DNA from: Eledone cirrhosa
Taxonomy: Eukaryota
Direction: 5' to 3'
Assembly (NCBI GenBank): GCA_964016885.1
Contig: OZ024742.1
Location: 315,456,001 to 315,520,000, forward strand
Length of the DNA stretch: 64,000 nt
The notes beneath the pieces are model-generated. The model had not been told where the DNA came from. It did no database searches and saw only the letters and a list, made by a program, of their open reading frames with translations. Positions within the stretch are counted from its first letter, which is position 1, and each line of letters starts with the position of its first letter. The position numbers and the translations under genes are program-made. This document shows, one piece after another, positions 42,991 through 51,906 of this stretch.

Positions 42991-45900
42991 CATGTGTATG
43001 AAAGATTCTTTCACTTACATTGTGTTTTCCATTCATCTCCACAAGTTTCCCAAGGTAGTTCCGATGTAAAAGACATAAACAGGTACAGAATAGTCCAGGC
43101 TATGATTACTGTGTAATAGACAGCTACTAGACTTGATACACATATCATGGCAATACCAAGACCTAGGCAATAGGAACAGTAGTAGTGGTGGTGGTGGTGG
43201 TGGTGGTGGTGGTGGTGGTAATGGTGGTGGTGATAGTGGTGGTAATGGTGGTGGTGGTAGTAGCAGTGGTAGTGGTGGTGGTGGTGGTAAGGATGTTGGT
43301 GATAGTGGTGGTAATGGTGGTGGTGGTAATGGTGGTAGTAGTAGTGGTGGTGGTGGTAGTAGTGGTGGTGGTGGTGGTGGTGGTGGTGGTGGTAAGGATG
43401 TTGGTGATAGTGGTGGTAATGGTGGTGGCGGTAATGGTGGTAGTAGTAGTGGTGGTGGTGGTAGTAGTGGTGGTGGTGGTGGTAAGGATGTTGGTGATAG
43501 TGGTGGTAATGGTGGTGGTGGTAGTAGTAGTGGTGGTGGTAAGGATGTTGGTGATAGTGGTGGTAATGGTGGTGGTAGTAGTAGTAGTGGTGGTGGTGGT
43601 AAGGATGTTGGTGATAGTGGTGGTAATGGTGGTGGTGGTAGTAGTAGTGGTGGTGGTGGTGGTGGTAAGGATGTGGGTGATAGTGGTGGTAGTAGTGGTG
43701 GTGGTGGTGGTGGTAAAGATGTTGGTGATAGTGGTGGTAATGGTGGTGGTAGTAGTGGTGGTGGTGGTGTGGTTAATGGTAAAGAATATATTTAATATCA
43801 TAGTAGTAACGATGGTGATGTTAATGATGGTGGCAGTGTTTATAATTATCAGTGTTGTGGTGGTAATGGTAGTGGTAGTGATGGCCATGATAGTTGTAGT
43901 TGCCACCACAGTTATGGTCATTGTTGTTAATGTTATTGTTGTTGTGATGTTGGTAGTGGCAGTGGTGGTGGTGGTGGTGGTGGTGGCAGTGGCAGGTAGT
44001 GGTTGTAATGATTGTGAAGACAGTGGTAATGGATGGTGGTGGTTATGGTGGTAGAGGTTATAATTGTTGTCATAATTTGTTTGTGACAAGGGTGTTGGTT
44101 AAAGTTTTTTCAGTTGGGAGGTGGTATTGATGGTGGGTGGAGTTGATTTTAATGTTGGGAACAGAGGTAAATAGGTAGAGAGGGAGAGAGAGAGAGAGAG
44201 AAAGAGAGAGAAAGAATGAATTAATAAAAGAATACAAATAGTAATACTTAATAACAATACAAGAGGTAATCAAAAAGCAGTAATGAGATCTAGATTCAAC
44301 AACACAATAACTAATCTTTTAACCCTTTAACATTTAAACCGGCCATATCTGGCCAGAATTCTCTCACCTCTTTCTGTTCAAACCAGCCGTAACTGGCAAC
44401 TCATACTGACATTAAGATATTGTTCTCAAAATAAATAATATCAAAATCTCGTAGATTCGATATTATGTGAGAATTAAATGTTTACCATGAAAATATAATA
44501 GTAAATATAGAGTAAAGGCCATTCCCTAGCTAAAGCCAGAGTTAGCCTTGAGGACACCATGACAAGCTTCTCTATTTTGCTCTTTACCTTACACACCCTC
44601 CCCCCATACTCAGCAATCCCTTGGCTTTCATTTCCAAGAAACAGAAAGAAGTGTTTTGACCTCCATCATTTTGGACACCAAATATGTCAGTTGTTTGAAC
44701 AACAAACAGCCAGCTCAGGAAATTAAGGCACAAATGGTTGAGCATTCTATAAACATATCTAGTCTTAACATAGTTCTCAGTGATATATGGTGGGACAAGG
44801 TTGGCCTTTTAAATTACAGGTACAACTCATTTTGCCAGCTGTGTTGACTGAAGCAACATGAAATAAAATGTCTTGCTCAAGGAGACAGGGCATCGTTGGG
44901 AATCAAAGTCACAACCTTACAATCATAGGCCAAATACCCTAACCACTAAGCCACAACGTTTCTGGAAAGATAAAACAGTAAACAAGCAGATGCTAACACA
45001 AACAGAAACACACACACACACATCCTATAGAGCATCCAGAGAAAGGTCACTTGAGACTGATATGTATCTTTATCCTCATTATACTTATTCCCATATACAC
45101 CAAACTTATCATACCATCATCATCATAATAACTGCAATAACAGTAACATCTTTATTGTGTAAAATTGTCAAAAGTTAGAATATAAAATGTACTTACCATG
45201 AAATAAAGGACAGAATCGGTCAAAGATGGCAGCTGGACCAAGGGATGCAAATTGACCAAAGGCAAGCTCCATGAACATTAATGGTGTTCCAATTAATATT
45301 AACATCAAAATAAAAGGAAAAAGGAAGGCCCCTAAAGAGAAGATACAGACACAGAATGAGATTGAGAAGAGAGAAAAGGTAAAAGAAAGAGGTGTAATAA
45401 GAAAAAGACTGATGGAAGTGATGATCAAAATGTGTTGTAAGGATTGTAATTTTAAACATTTCATAAAACAAATTATCATGACAAGAGAAGGGGTGAGTTC
45501 TGATATTTCAGCTTTTTTTTTTTTTTTGATAATTTGAAATGAAATGTGAATCAGTTGTGTGGCACCCTGGGCATGTGTCTTTTACTATAGCCTTAGATAG
45601 ACCAATGCAGATCTGCCAACCTCTAAAAACACAAACAGGGAATACCATGAAAAAAAAGTGCCCCAAAACGGAGATTTTACATAATTATTTCTACTTTTGG
45701 CACAGGGCCAGCAAATATCCCAGTGCATTACTGGTACTTCATTTTATCGACTCCGTAAGGATGAAAGGCAAAGTTCGTAAAGGGCCGTAACTCTATGAAG
45801 CAAAGCATGGCGTCCGACCCTCTACCGATACTGCCAATCCACCACCCTTGGGGAGATTTTACATAATCAAAGCTATACCCATTTTCACAAGAGAAGTCAT

Positions 45901-47292
45901 CTCTCACCCACCCTAAAAGTGGGTGGGGGATCTCCCCGTTGGACGGGGAGAGTTGACAGATCTACCAATGTGCTGTGAATGGAATTAGGTAGACAGAAAG
46001 TGCAGAAGTCTGTTGTGTGTGAAAGACCAATGTTAAACGATAAGTATGTGCATGTTCCTACCTATGTTTACATTTGTATTGTTTCTGTATTTATGTCCTG
46101 CAGGTCCAGAAAAAATGGATCACTAAAATAAGTACCAGATATTGCACAACTTAAATGGACCACTTTGGCTGTGTCCAATTTTGTATAATATATAAATAGG
46201 GGTATCATTTAATAATAGATATTGAAATAAGAAAATAAAAATATCTTATTTCACATTCTCTGCTCATATGTATCTATATGTAGCTATTTAACTATATACA
46301 TATTATCATCATCATCATCACTGTCTATTTTTCCAATGCATACATACTAGTCAATGAGAGAGCCCTAAAGCTAACCCTAACTCTAACATCAACCTTAATG
46401 AACTCTCGCTCTATCTATAAAAATAACCCTAACAAACACTAACTTTAAACCTTAAGTGTATATATATGCAATGAATCCAGTGAATCAGACAAGATATTTT
46501 CATTTTCTTATTTGAAGATATATTGTCAAAGATTCCCATAAATATATATAAGCTTTAATATCCGTGTGGAAAAAAATAGATAGTTATTCTTTCTCTAATG
46601 AAAGTCTAAGAAAACTAATCAAAATAATTCCAAATTTCCTGCCTGTGAAGAGATACATAAACCTCTGATCTAACCACTTTGCTTACTTTTCACAAGGCTA
46701 AAATAGAATGTTTCTAAAAAAAAAAAATATGAATACCTAACGTTACATTTCACGTGTATAAGCAGATATGTGCATGTTGTTTAGTCCCAGGTCAGTCCTG
46801 AATGAGCAAATCTAAGATCAAAGATCATGCCAGCCACGATCATCTTATCTTTTATTCAGACACATTTATCTATTATCCAATAATTCCTTGAGATTTTTAT
46901 AAAGATAGTAAGTTATGATTTGAGGGAAATTTAGCTGCTGTTTCTAATAATAGTTCGAACGACCAAGAAAGGCTCTTCGTTGGCGAATTGTGTATATACA
47001 TAGCCTATATGTAAATATCAATGCACAATACATATAAAGGGAAATAATAAAAAAGAGATAGAGTGGGAAATAAACTTGAGTCCAAGGGAGATAACTTACC
47101 ACCTCCATTGCTGTATGCTAGGTAGGGAAACCGCCATACGTTGCCGAGTCCAACTGAATAGCCCAATAGGGACATAAGGAAATCGAATCGTCCACTCCAG
47201 TTTCCCCGTTCCACGAGACCATCTCCACCATCATCGTCCAACTGCGTAAGAACTGCACTACTGGAAACATCTTCAGCAAGTGATGACGGCGT
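29368..47292 (-). CDS. SLC6 sodium- and chloride-dependent glycine transporter-like gene (GlyT1/GlyT2, SLC6A9/SLC6A5 group); 14 coding exons, 5' end not found
   Basis: Fourteen GT-AG exons with compatible phases (193+135+144+160+133+135+104+125+113+129+100+110+174+138 = 1893 nt) give one uninterrupted frame. It carries SLC6 motifs [76 protein letters not shown] and WGP. The TM6 W(GG) is typical of GlyTs. Confidence 0.95.
29632..29977 (+). mobile_element. tRNA-derived SINE family B with RTE-like tail
   Basis: A box tggcttagtggttagag, B box gagttcaattc, core ccttgagcaagacact; 3' end matches the RTE tail (acccttgcaagcagggaaaaagcggatgtaaaa...gat). Confidence 0.88.
30250..30505 (+). mobile_element. 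CR1-like LINE 3' end
   Basis: [13 protein letters not shown] followed by 3' UTR ...gttgtagtgcacctgagcactgtac. Confidence 0.7.
30514..30703 (+). mobile_element. tRNA-derived SINE family A (young copy)
   Basis: A box tggcagtatcggtagag, B box gagttcaaatccc, body tttgcctttcatccttac...gtcgataaaataaagtaccag; TSD-like attattttaaagag on both sides. More copies near 6790, 14330, 17600, 18840, 23030, 23750, 24290, 25600, 30720, 34132, 34335, 35490 and 42290. Confidence 0.9.
31412..31585 (-). CDS. SLC6 exon 13 (TM12)
   Basis: ttcag|[58 protein letters not shown]|gtaagc. Confidence 0.93.
32050..32235 (-). mobile_element. SINE family A with 20-bp TSD
   Basis: Direct repeat ctgtaaagaatagatataat at 32030-32049 and 32236-32255. 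Confidence 0.92.
32261..32472 (+). mobile_element. piggyBac-type MITE family 1
   Basis: TTAA-flanked with intact TIRs; 50 bp from the exon 12 donor. Confidence 0.88.
32523..32632 (-). CDS. SLC6 exon 12 (TM11)
   Basis: tacag|(G)[36 protein letters not shown]|gtttgt. Confidence 0.93.
33057..33394 (-). mobile_element. SINE family B, inverted near-identical copy
   Basis: Reverse complement of 29632-29977; a partial copy also lies at 13481-13630. Confidence 0.88.
33930..34029 (-). CDS. SLC6 exon 11 (TM10)
   Basis: tctag|[34 protein letters not shown]|gtaatt. Confidence 0.95.
34795..35160 (-). mobile_element. RTE-like LINE 3' fragment
   Basis: LRWYGHVQR...[10 protein letters not shown]...DRNSWRVAV. 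Confidence 0.8.
35767..35895 (-). CDS. SLC6 exon 10 (TM8 end, TM9)
   Basis: ttcag|[43 protein letters not shown]|gtaagt. Confidence 0.95.
36405..36700. repeat. ~52-bp degenerate tandem repeat
   Basis: About 5-6 copies of aaaatgcacccag...tactctgtaaagtgatattgctagtaccatgac, resembling an internal SINE segment. Confidence 0.6.
36824..36936 (-). CDS. SLC6 exon 9 (EL4, TM8)
   Basis: tccag|(G)[37 protein letters not shown]|gtgagt. Confidence 0.95.
37058..37908. mobile_element. Cluster of nested and tandem TTAA MITEs
   Basis: Family 1 copies at 37058 (-), 37188 (+, starting at an internal TTAA) and 37477-37659 (+), abutted by a family 2 copy (CCCTTTTGATAC) from 37665. Confidence 0.82.
38119..38243 (-). 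CDS. SLC6 exon 8 (TM7)
   Basis: ttcag|[42 protein letters not shown]|gtcagt; TM7 Asn and Ser of the Na1/Cl site retained. Confidence 0.95.
39110..39213 (-). CDS. SLC6 exon 7 (TM6)
   Basis: tacag|[34 protein letters not shown](K)|gtaagt. Confidence 0.95.
39339..39546 (+). mobile_element. piggyBac-type MITE family 1
   Basis: Same TIR and body. Confidence 0.82.
39781..39915 (-). CDS. SLC6 exon 6 (TM5)
   Basis: cacag|[45 protein letters not shown]|gtcagt. Confidence 0.95.
40200..40580 (-). mobile_element. Old RTE-like LINE fragment
   Basis: [17 protein letters not shown]...[11 protein letters not shown]. Confidence 0.75.
40713..40932. mobile_element. Tc1/mariner-type MITE
   Basis: ~60-bp imperfect TIRs cagggtgtttaaaaaa...cccagaaactacca / tggtagtttctgggg...aaacattctg. 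Confidence 0.72.
40976..41108 (-). CDS. SLC6 exon 5 (TM4)
   Basis: tgcag|[44 protein letters not shown]|gtaagt. Confidence 0.95.
41690..42070 (-). mobile_element. CR1/Jockey-like LINE 3' fragment
   Basis: [17 protein letters not shown], the C-terminal motif. Confidence 0.55.
42093..42252 (-). CDS. SLC6 exon 4 (EL2)
   Basis: ctcag|(Y)[52 protein letters not shown](E)|gtaagt; N-glycosylation sequons NGS, NQT, NAT, NVS. Confidence 0.92.
42610..42956. mobile_element. Tigger/pogo-like MITE
   Basis: TA|cagtttaccctcgacattcgcag ... ctacaaataccgggggacaagtg|TA, MER2/Tigger-like termini. Confidence 0.65.
43019..43162 (-). CDS. SLC6 exon 3 (TM3, start of EL2)
   Basis: cctag|(G)[47 protein letters not shown]|gtaagt, 144 nt; absent from the ORF track, read manually. 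Confidence 0.95.
43178..44060. repeat. (GGT)n-based G-rich minisatellite
   Basis: Recurring ~55-110-bp unit ggtaaggatgttggtgatagtggtggtaat(ggt)n(agt)n, decaying after about 43770. Confidence 0.95.
44323..44514 (+). mobile_element. piggyBac-type MITE family 1
   Basis: Same 5' TIR and body, 3' end lost. Confidence 0.8.
45197..45331 (-). CDS. SLC6 exon 2 (TM2)
   Basis: tttag|(G)[45 protein letters not shown]|gtaagt, 135 nt. Confidence 0.95.
45686..45851 (-). mobile_element. SINE family A (internally deleted) with TSD
   Basis: TSD ggagattttacataat at 45670-45685 and 45852-45867. Confidence 0.88.
47100..47292 (-). CDS. SLC6 exon 1 of those found (N-terminus, TM1)
   Basis: ctaacag|[65 protein letters not shown]|gtaagt; acceptor position inferred. 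Confidence 0.9.
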
Positions 47293-49202
47293 CTGTTAGC
47301 GACAATGAAATACAAAATAACACTTAGACAATTCGAAATATATGTAAATATAATTTATCTGAATTTCTGTAATGAGGAATTATTATAAAAACAATTCATT
47401 CTTACTAGTATTCTCCCTTGGTTATTATAATCAAACTATTTTAGATGGTGCACTGGGAGAAAGCCAGAAAGTACAGTGTCCAAAACGTAATTATATTAAA
47501 CTAGGTGACGATACTAAAACGAATAAATCAGCGTGTATGTATATATATATATATAGTAATAATAAATACAAAAACCCAAATCCGAAGAGGGCTCGATGAG
47601 GATTGAATATAAAAAATATATATAGGTCCGTAGAGCAAATATTTATTATTCGTACAGGTTTTAAAGTTTAAACAACGAATTTCTGCTTTCACCCAAAACA
47701 GGATCTTCTGAAACTTTAATCTGTACTAATAATAAATATATATATATATATATAAGTTCTACAACAAAAAGCCACTACAATGTGGTAGAAATATATAAAG
47801 AGCAAACGATGACAAATAAAACAAAACAAAGTAATGTTTCGACCAGTATATTTCAACCCTTACAGGGTGAGCCAGGTGCTACCAATACGACCACCTCATA
47901 GTGTGGGCTGGGTGCGTTTTGTTGTGCATGTTCAAGATGCTATATATGTCGATGTTTTGCACAAGGCATACATAAAATTCGCTAGAGGTTGTAAAAACTC
48001 AGAAAAAAAATAACTGAAGAGGTCAGTTAGTTTTATTCTTTACATTAAATGATGTAGTTTCATGTGGTACAGGACATTAAAAGTTTTGCAGCTTTTTTTT
48101 GTAATTTTTAAAACCGCATACTTTCAGAACTGCACTATTTGGAAATGTGTAAGATGGCATATGGTGTTTATGTTGCATGTAAATAATGTATGTGTGCATA
48201 AAGTTAATGAGAGTGAAAGTTAATATCTGCAGAGGAGCATCTGTTGTTGAAACTGAGAGCAAGTATGTTCTTCATGTAAAGCAGAACTGGAGGGGATGGG
48301 GAAGGATATAAATAAACCTTGGGGTAGACCAGATTTGATAGAAAGAGCTCCATCAGCACATGCTGAAATACTGTAGTCTGAGAAGAAACTACTGAAGCAA
48401 AGGAATTGAAAGAAAGAAGGAAATCACATAACTAGTTTGATTCCTTGTAGCAGCCACCGCTAGCAACATCTTTTTCTGTCTCTAAGGGTCTTCACGTGAT
48501 GTAAGCTATTTTATAGCAACTGACTGTAATAGTAGTTATTTTATTTTATATATATATATGAATAAAGTTAGTCAGTGATCTTCCAACCTTCATTGGTATT
48601 TCATTGTTTTGAAATACCAATGAAGGTTGGAAGATCACTGATGAAGGACTAACTTTATTCATATGTAACCCATTTGCAACCACGCAGCACGTTTGTTTTT
48701 ATATATATATATATATATAATGAAGGAATTGTGGTAAGGAACCAGATGGACCATAATGCACCAAAGTACTCAATACTTAAGGTACTAGAGTGGGTAATAG
48801 GAACAAGTATGACTCCGACGACCGAGCTCAAGCCGTTTCTGGACTAAATAAGAATTTTTAGCCTGGTAAATAAATAGCCGAATTTCTCAGGGGGTATTTC
48901 CTTATATGGGAAGATAGTAATTGTCAAAAGGATTGGTCAAACATTTGTTGTAAAGACTGATGAATCTATCATGGCATTTGGTGGAAGGTAGGGGTGGCTG
49001 AACTTGCATAGAACAAGGAGGCAGTGGGGGAAACCCAGTCAAGCGTTGAAAGTGAAATCTATACAGCAGATTCTAAGGATAGTGTATAAAAGGTCGAAAA
49101 AAGTGTACTGGAGAAGAGGAGGGGGGTGAAAGAATAGGTAAATCGAAAGGGAGTAAAAAAAAAACCATTATAAAAATAAGGAAATAAATATATTAAAAAA
49201 TT

Positions 49203-49444
49203 TAGTTCTTTAGAAGCTATTTTTATATTAAATTTATATATATATATATATATAAATTTAATATAAAAATAGCTTCTAAAGAACTAGAACTGTTTCATTC
49301 AGGAGAAATCATCAGGAAGCCCTGATTTCTCCCGAATAAAACAGTTCTAGTCCTGTAGAAGCTATGATATTTCTATATTAAATATTTATACTCTGCTATG
49401 TATTGAGTACCTTACTTACTGTGGTTACCCTCGATTGAACCCAG
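49203..49444. mobile_element. Third copy of the fold-back hammerhead element, with an extra palindrome
   Basis: Minus strand 49320-49272 reads gcttc-CTGATGA-tttctcctgaat-GAAA-cagttctagttctt-TA-gaagc. An inverted degenerate partner lies at 49321-49362, followed by the tattgagtacc tail. Confidence 0.65.
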
Positions 49445-50777
49445 GTACAACAGATGCCCTTTTCTTAGTGAGGCAACTACAAGAGAGGTTCTTAGAGAAG
49501 AATAAGCAACTATACTTAGCTTTTGTTGACCTAGCGAAGGCCTTTGATAGGATACTCTGATCTGTCATCTGGTGGTCCCTAAGGAAACTAGGTGTAGACG
49601 AATGGCTTGTGAGGACAGTGCAAGCTATGTGCAGGGGGTGCTGTCAGTAAAGTGAGAATGGGAATGGAGTTTAGTGAGGAATTGCAGATACAAGTAGGTG
49701 TACATCAAGGTTCGGTCCTCAGCCCGCTCTTGTTCATTATAGTCCACCAAGCCATAACAGAGGAGTTTAAGACTGGATGCCCATGGGAACTTCTCTATGC
49801 TGATGATCTGGTTCTTATAGCAGAATCAGTAGAGGAGCTAGAGAATAAATTATGGCTATGGAAACAGCAGTTGGAATCAAGAGGCCTGAGAGTGAACATA
49901 GCTAAGACAAAAGTGTTGATAAGTAGAAGAGAGGACAATACTCTGATTCCATCAGGGAAATGGCCATGCTCAATATGTAGGAAAGGAACTTGCATAAATT
50001 CCATAAAATGTACACAATGCAGATCTTGGGTACACAAGAGATGTAGTGGGATAGCAGGCAAACTAACAGGTAGGGAAAACTACATATGCAGTAGATGTAC
50101 AGGGAAAGTTGGCAGTAGTAATCGCTGTGATAGACTCATTTTTCCAATGCAGGTGGGTTCTATAGAAGTGCTTGATAGCTTCCGGTACCTAGGTGATCAG
50201 ATTAGCATGGGAGGGGGTGTTCCGAGGCCATAGTATCTAGAATAAGGATGGGTTGGAAGAAGTTTAGGGAGCTGCTTCCTCTATTAACAAAGAAGGGTAC
50301 AAAAGGACAGTTATATGATGCCTGTGTGAGATGCGTGATACTGCATGGTAGTGAGACATGGGCAGCAACTGTAGAAGATATGCGATAGCTGGAGAGAAAT
50401 GAAGCAAGTATGCTCCGTTGGATGTGCAACGTCAATGTGTGTGAACGACCAAGCATAGATGAGTTGAGAAAGAAACTGGGTATAAGAGGGATAAGTTGTG
50501 GTATGCAGGAGAGAAGGCTGAGATGGTATGGACATGTTATGCGCATGGAGGGTGACCGCTGGGTAAAGTGCCAAGAAATGCCAGTAGAAGGAAGATGCAG
50601 TAGAGGTAGACCAGGAAAAACATGGGCGGAGGTGGTGAGAGAAGACCTCAGATCATTGAAACTCACTGAGGAGATGACGAAGGACTGTGACAAGTGGAGA
50701 GATGCTGTGCTGAATGGGACCCGTCCAACCCTTGCAAGCAGAGAAAGGCGGATATAAAATGATGATGATGATGATGA
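49445..50777 (+). mobile_element. RTE-clade LINE, 5'-truncated and frameshifted
   Basis: GTTDALFLVRQLQE...AFVDLAKAFDR, GVHQGSVLSPLLF, LYADD, PHD-like Cys cluster, RRLRWYGHVMR, RGRPGKTW; 3' tail acccttgcaagc...(GAT)n. Confidence 0.93.
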
Positions 50778-50995
50778 TATATATATATATATAGTTCACT
50801 CAGCTGTAGAAATGAGTTTACCCAGCTATGGGTTAAATAGTCTCACCAACCTGCAATTGGCCAGGCGTGGTAAGTATGGCTACAACCTTACAACCTTGAC
50901 ATGACCAAAACCAAAATAGAAAAATGGTGGAGGTCAATCAGGGAGGGGTTCCTCCGGGAGGAGTGAAAAGGCCCTGGATTGAATATATATATATA

Positions 50996-51175
50996 TATTG
51001 GGTCGTCAAGTATGAAATGTGTGGAAATTTGTTTGTTTGTTTTTTCTAAGAATTTCTACACATTTCATACTTGACGACCCAATATATATATATAGATAGG
51101 GTGTCCCAAAAAATGTATACACACTTCAACAGTAATATAATCAAAGTGTGTATACATATTTTGGGGACACCCTGT
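50996..51175. mobile_element. Two adjacent mariner/Tc1 MITEs
   Basis: tattgggtcgtcaagtatgaaatgtgt/acacatttcatacttgacgacccaata (about 50996-51084) and agggtgtcccaaaa/ttttggggacaccct (about 51097-51175). Confidence 0.8.
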
Positions 51176-51461
51176 GTGTATATATATATATATAAACATG
51201 CATGTATGTACCTACTGTATCTAAGAACATGCATGTTTGTGCACATATGCAAGCGTGTGTTTTGTATGTTTCATTGTCTCTGGAGATGATATGTGATGGG
51301 TCAGAAATCTCCAGTTATGATAATGAAATGCCAGCTTATCTAAAGTAATAAATAATAGAAATCTACTGCACATTTCCACTACGCTCATTCATACGTTTAT
51401 AGGTACCGTATAAACAATTATGTATGTATGTATGTGTATGTATATAATATACATATATATA

Positions 51462-51554
<93 letters not shown>

Positions 51555-51906
51555 GTATATTATGTACATACACAAATATGTACATATTTACATGTATATA
51601 GGCACACACACACACACATATATATATAGAGAGAGAGAGGGAGAGAGAGATATGCATGTGTGTATGCACACACATTCACAACTAAATACTTAAAAATTCA
51701 TATAATTCCATACAACATATACACACATTCATACATTTATAATGTTTGGACTGGAAATGAAATACAAATACTAAAAAAAAAGACATAACAATAGAAATTA
51801 TGTAACTTGTGAAATAACCATAAAACAAATATGTGTATGTATATTTTATATATACACACACACACACACATATATATCATCATCATCATGGACGTTAAAC
51901 GATGAT

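Noticed and set aside
43133-44089. Gly-rich, poly-Val and poly-Thr ORFs of 220-308 aa
   Set aside because: Several frames are open because of the (GGT)n repeat; the region is an SLC6 intron and the Gly ORF overlaps exon 3 antisense
46365-46432. Interstitial telomeric sequence (ctaaccctaa)
   Set aside because: Only two or three degenerate units
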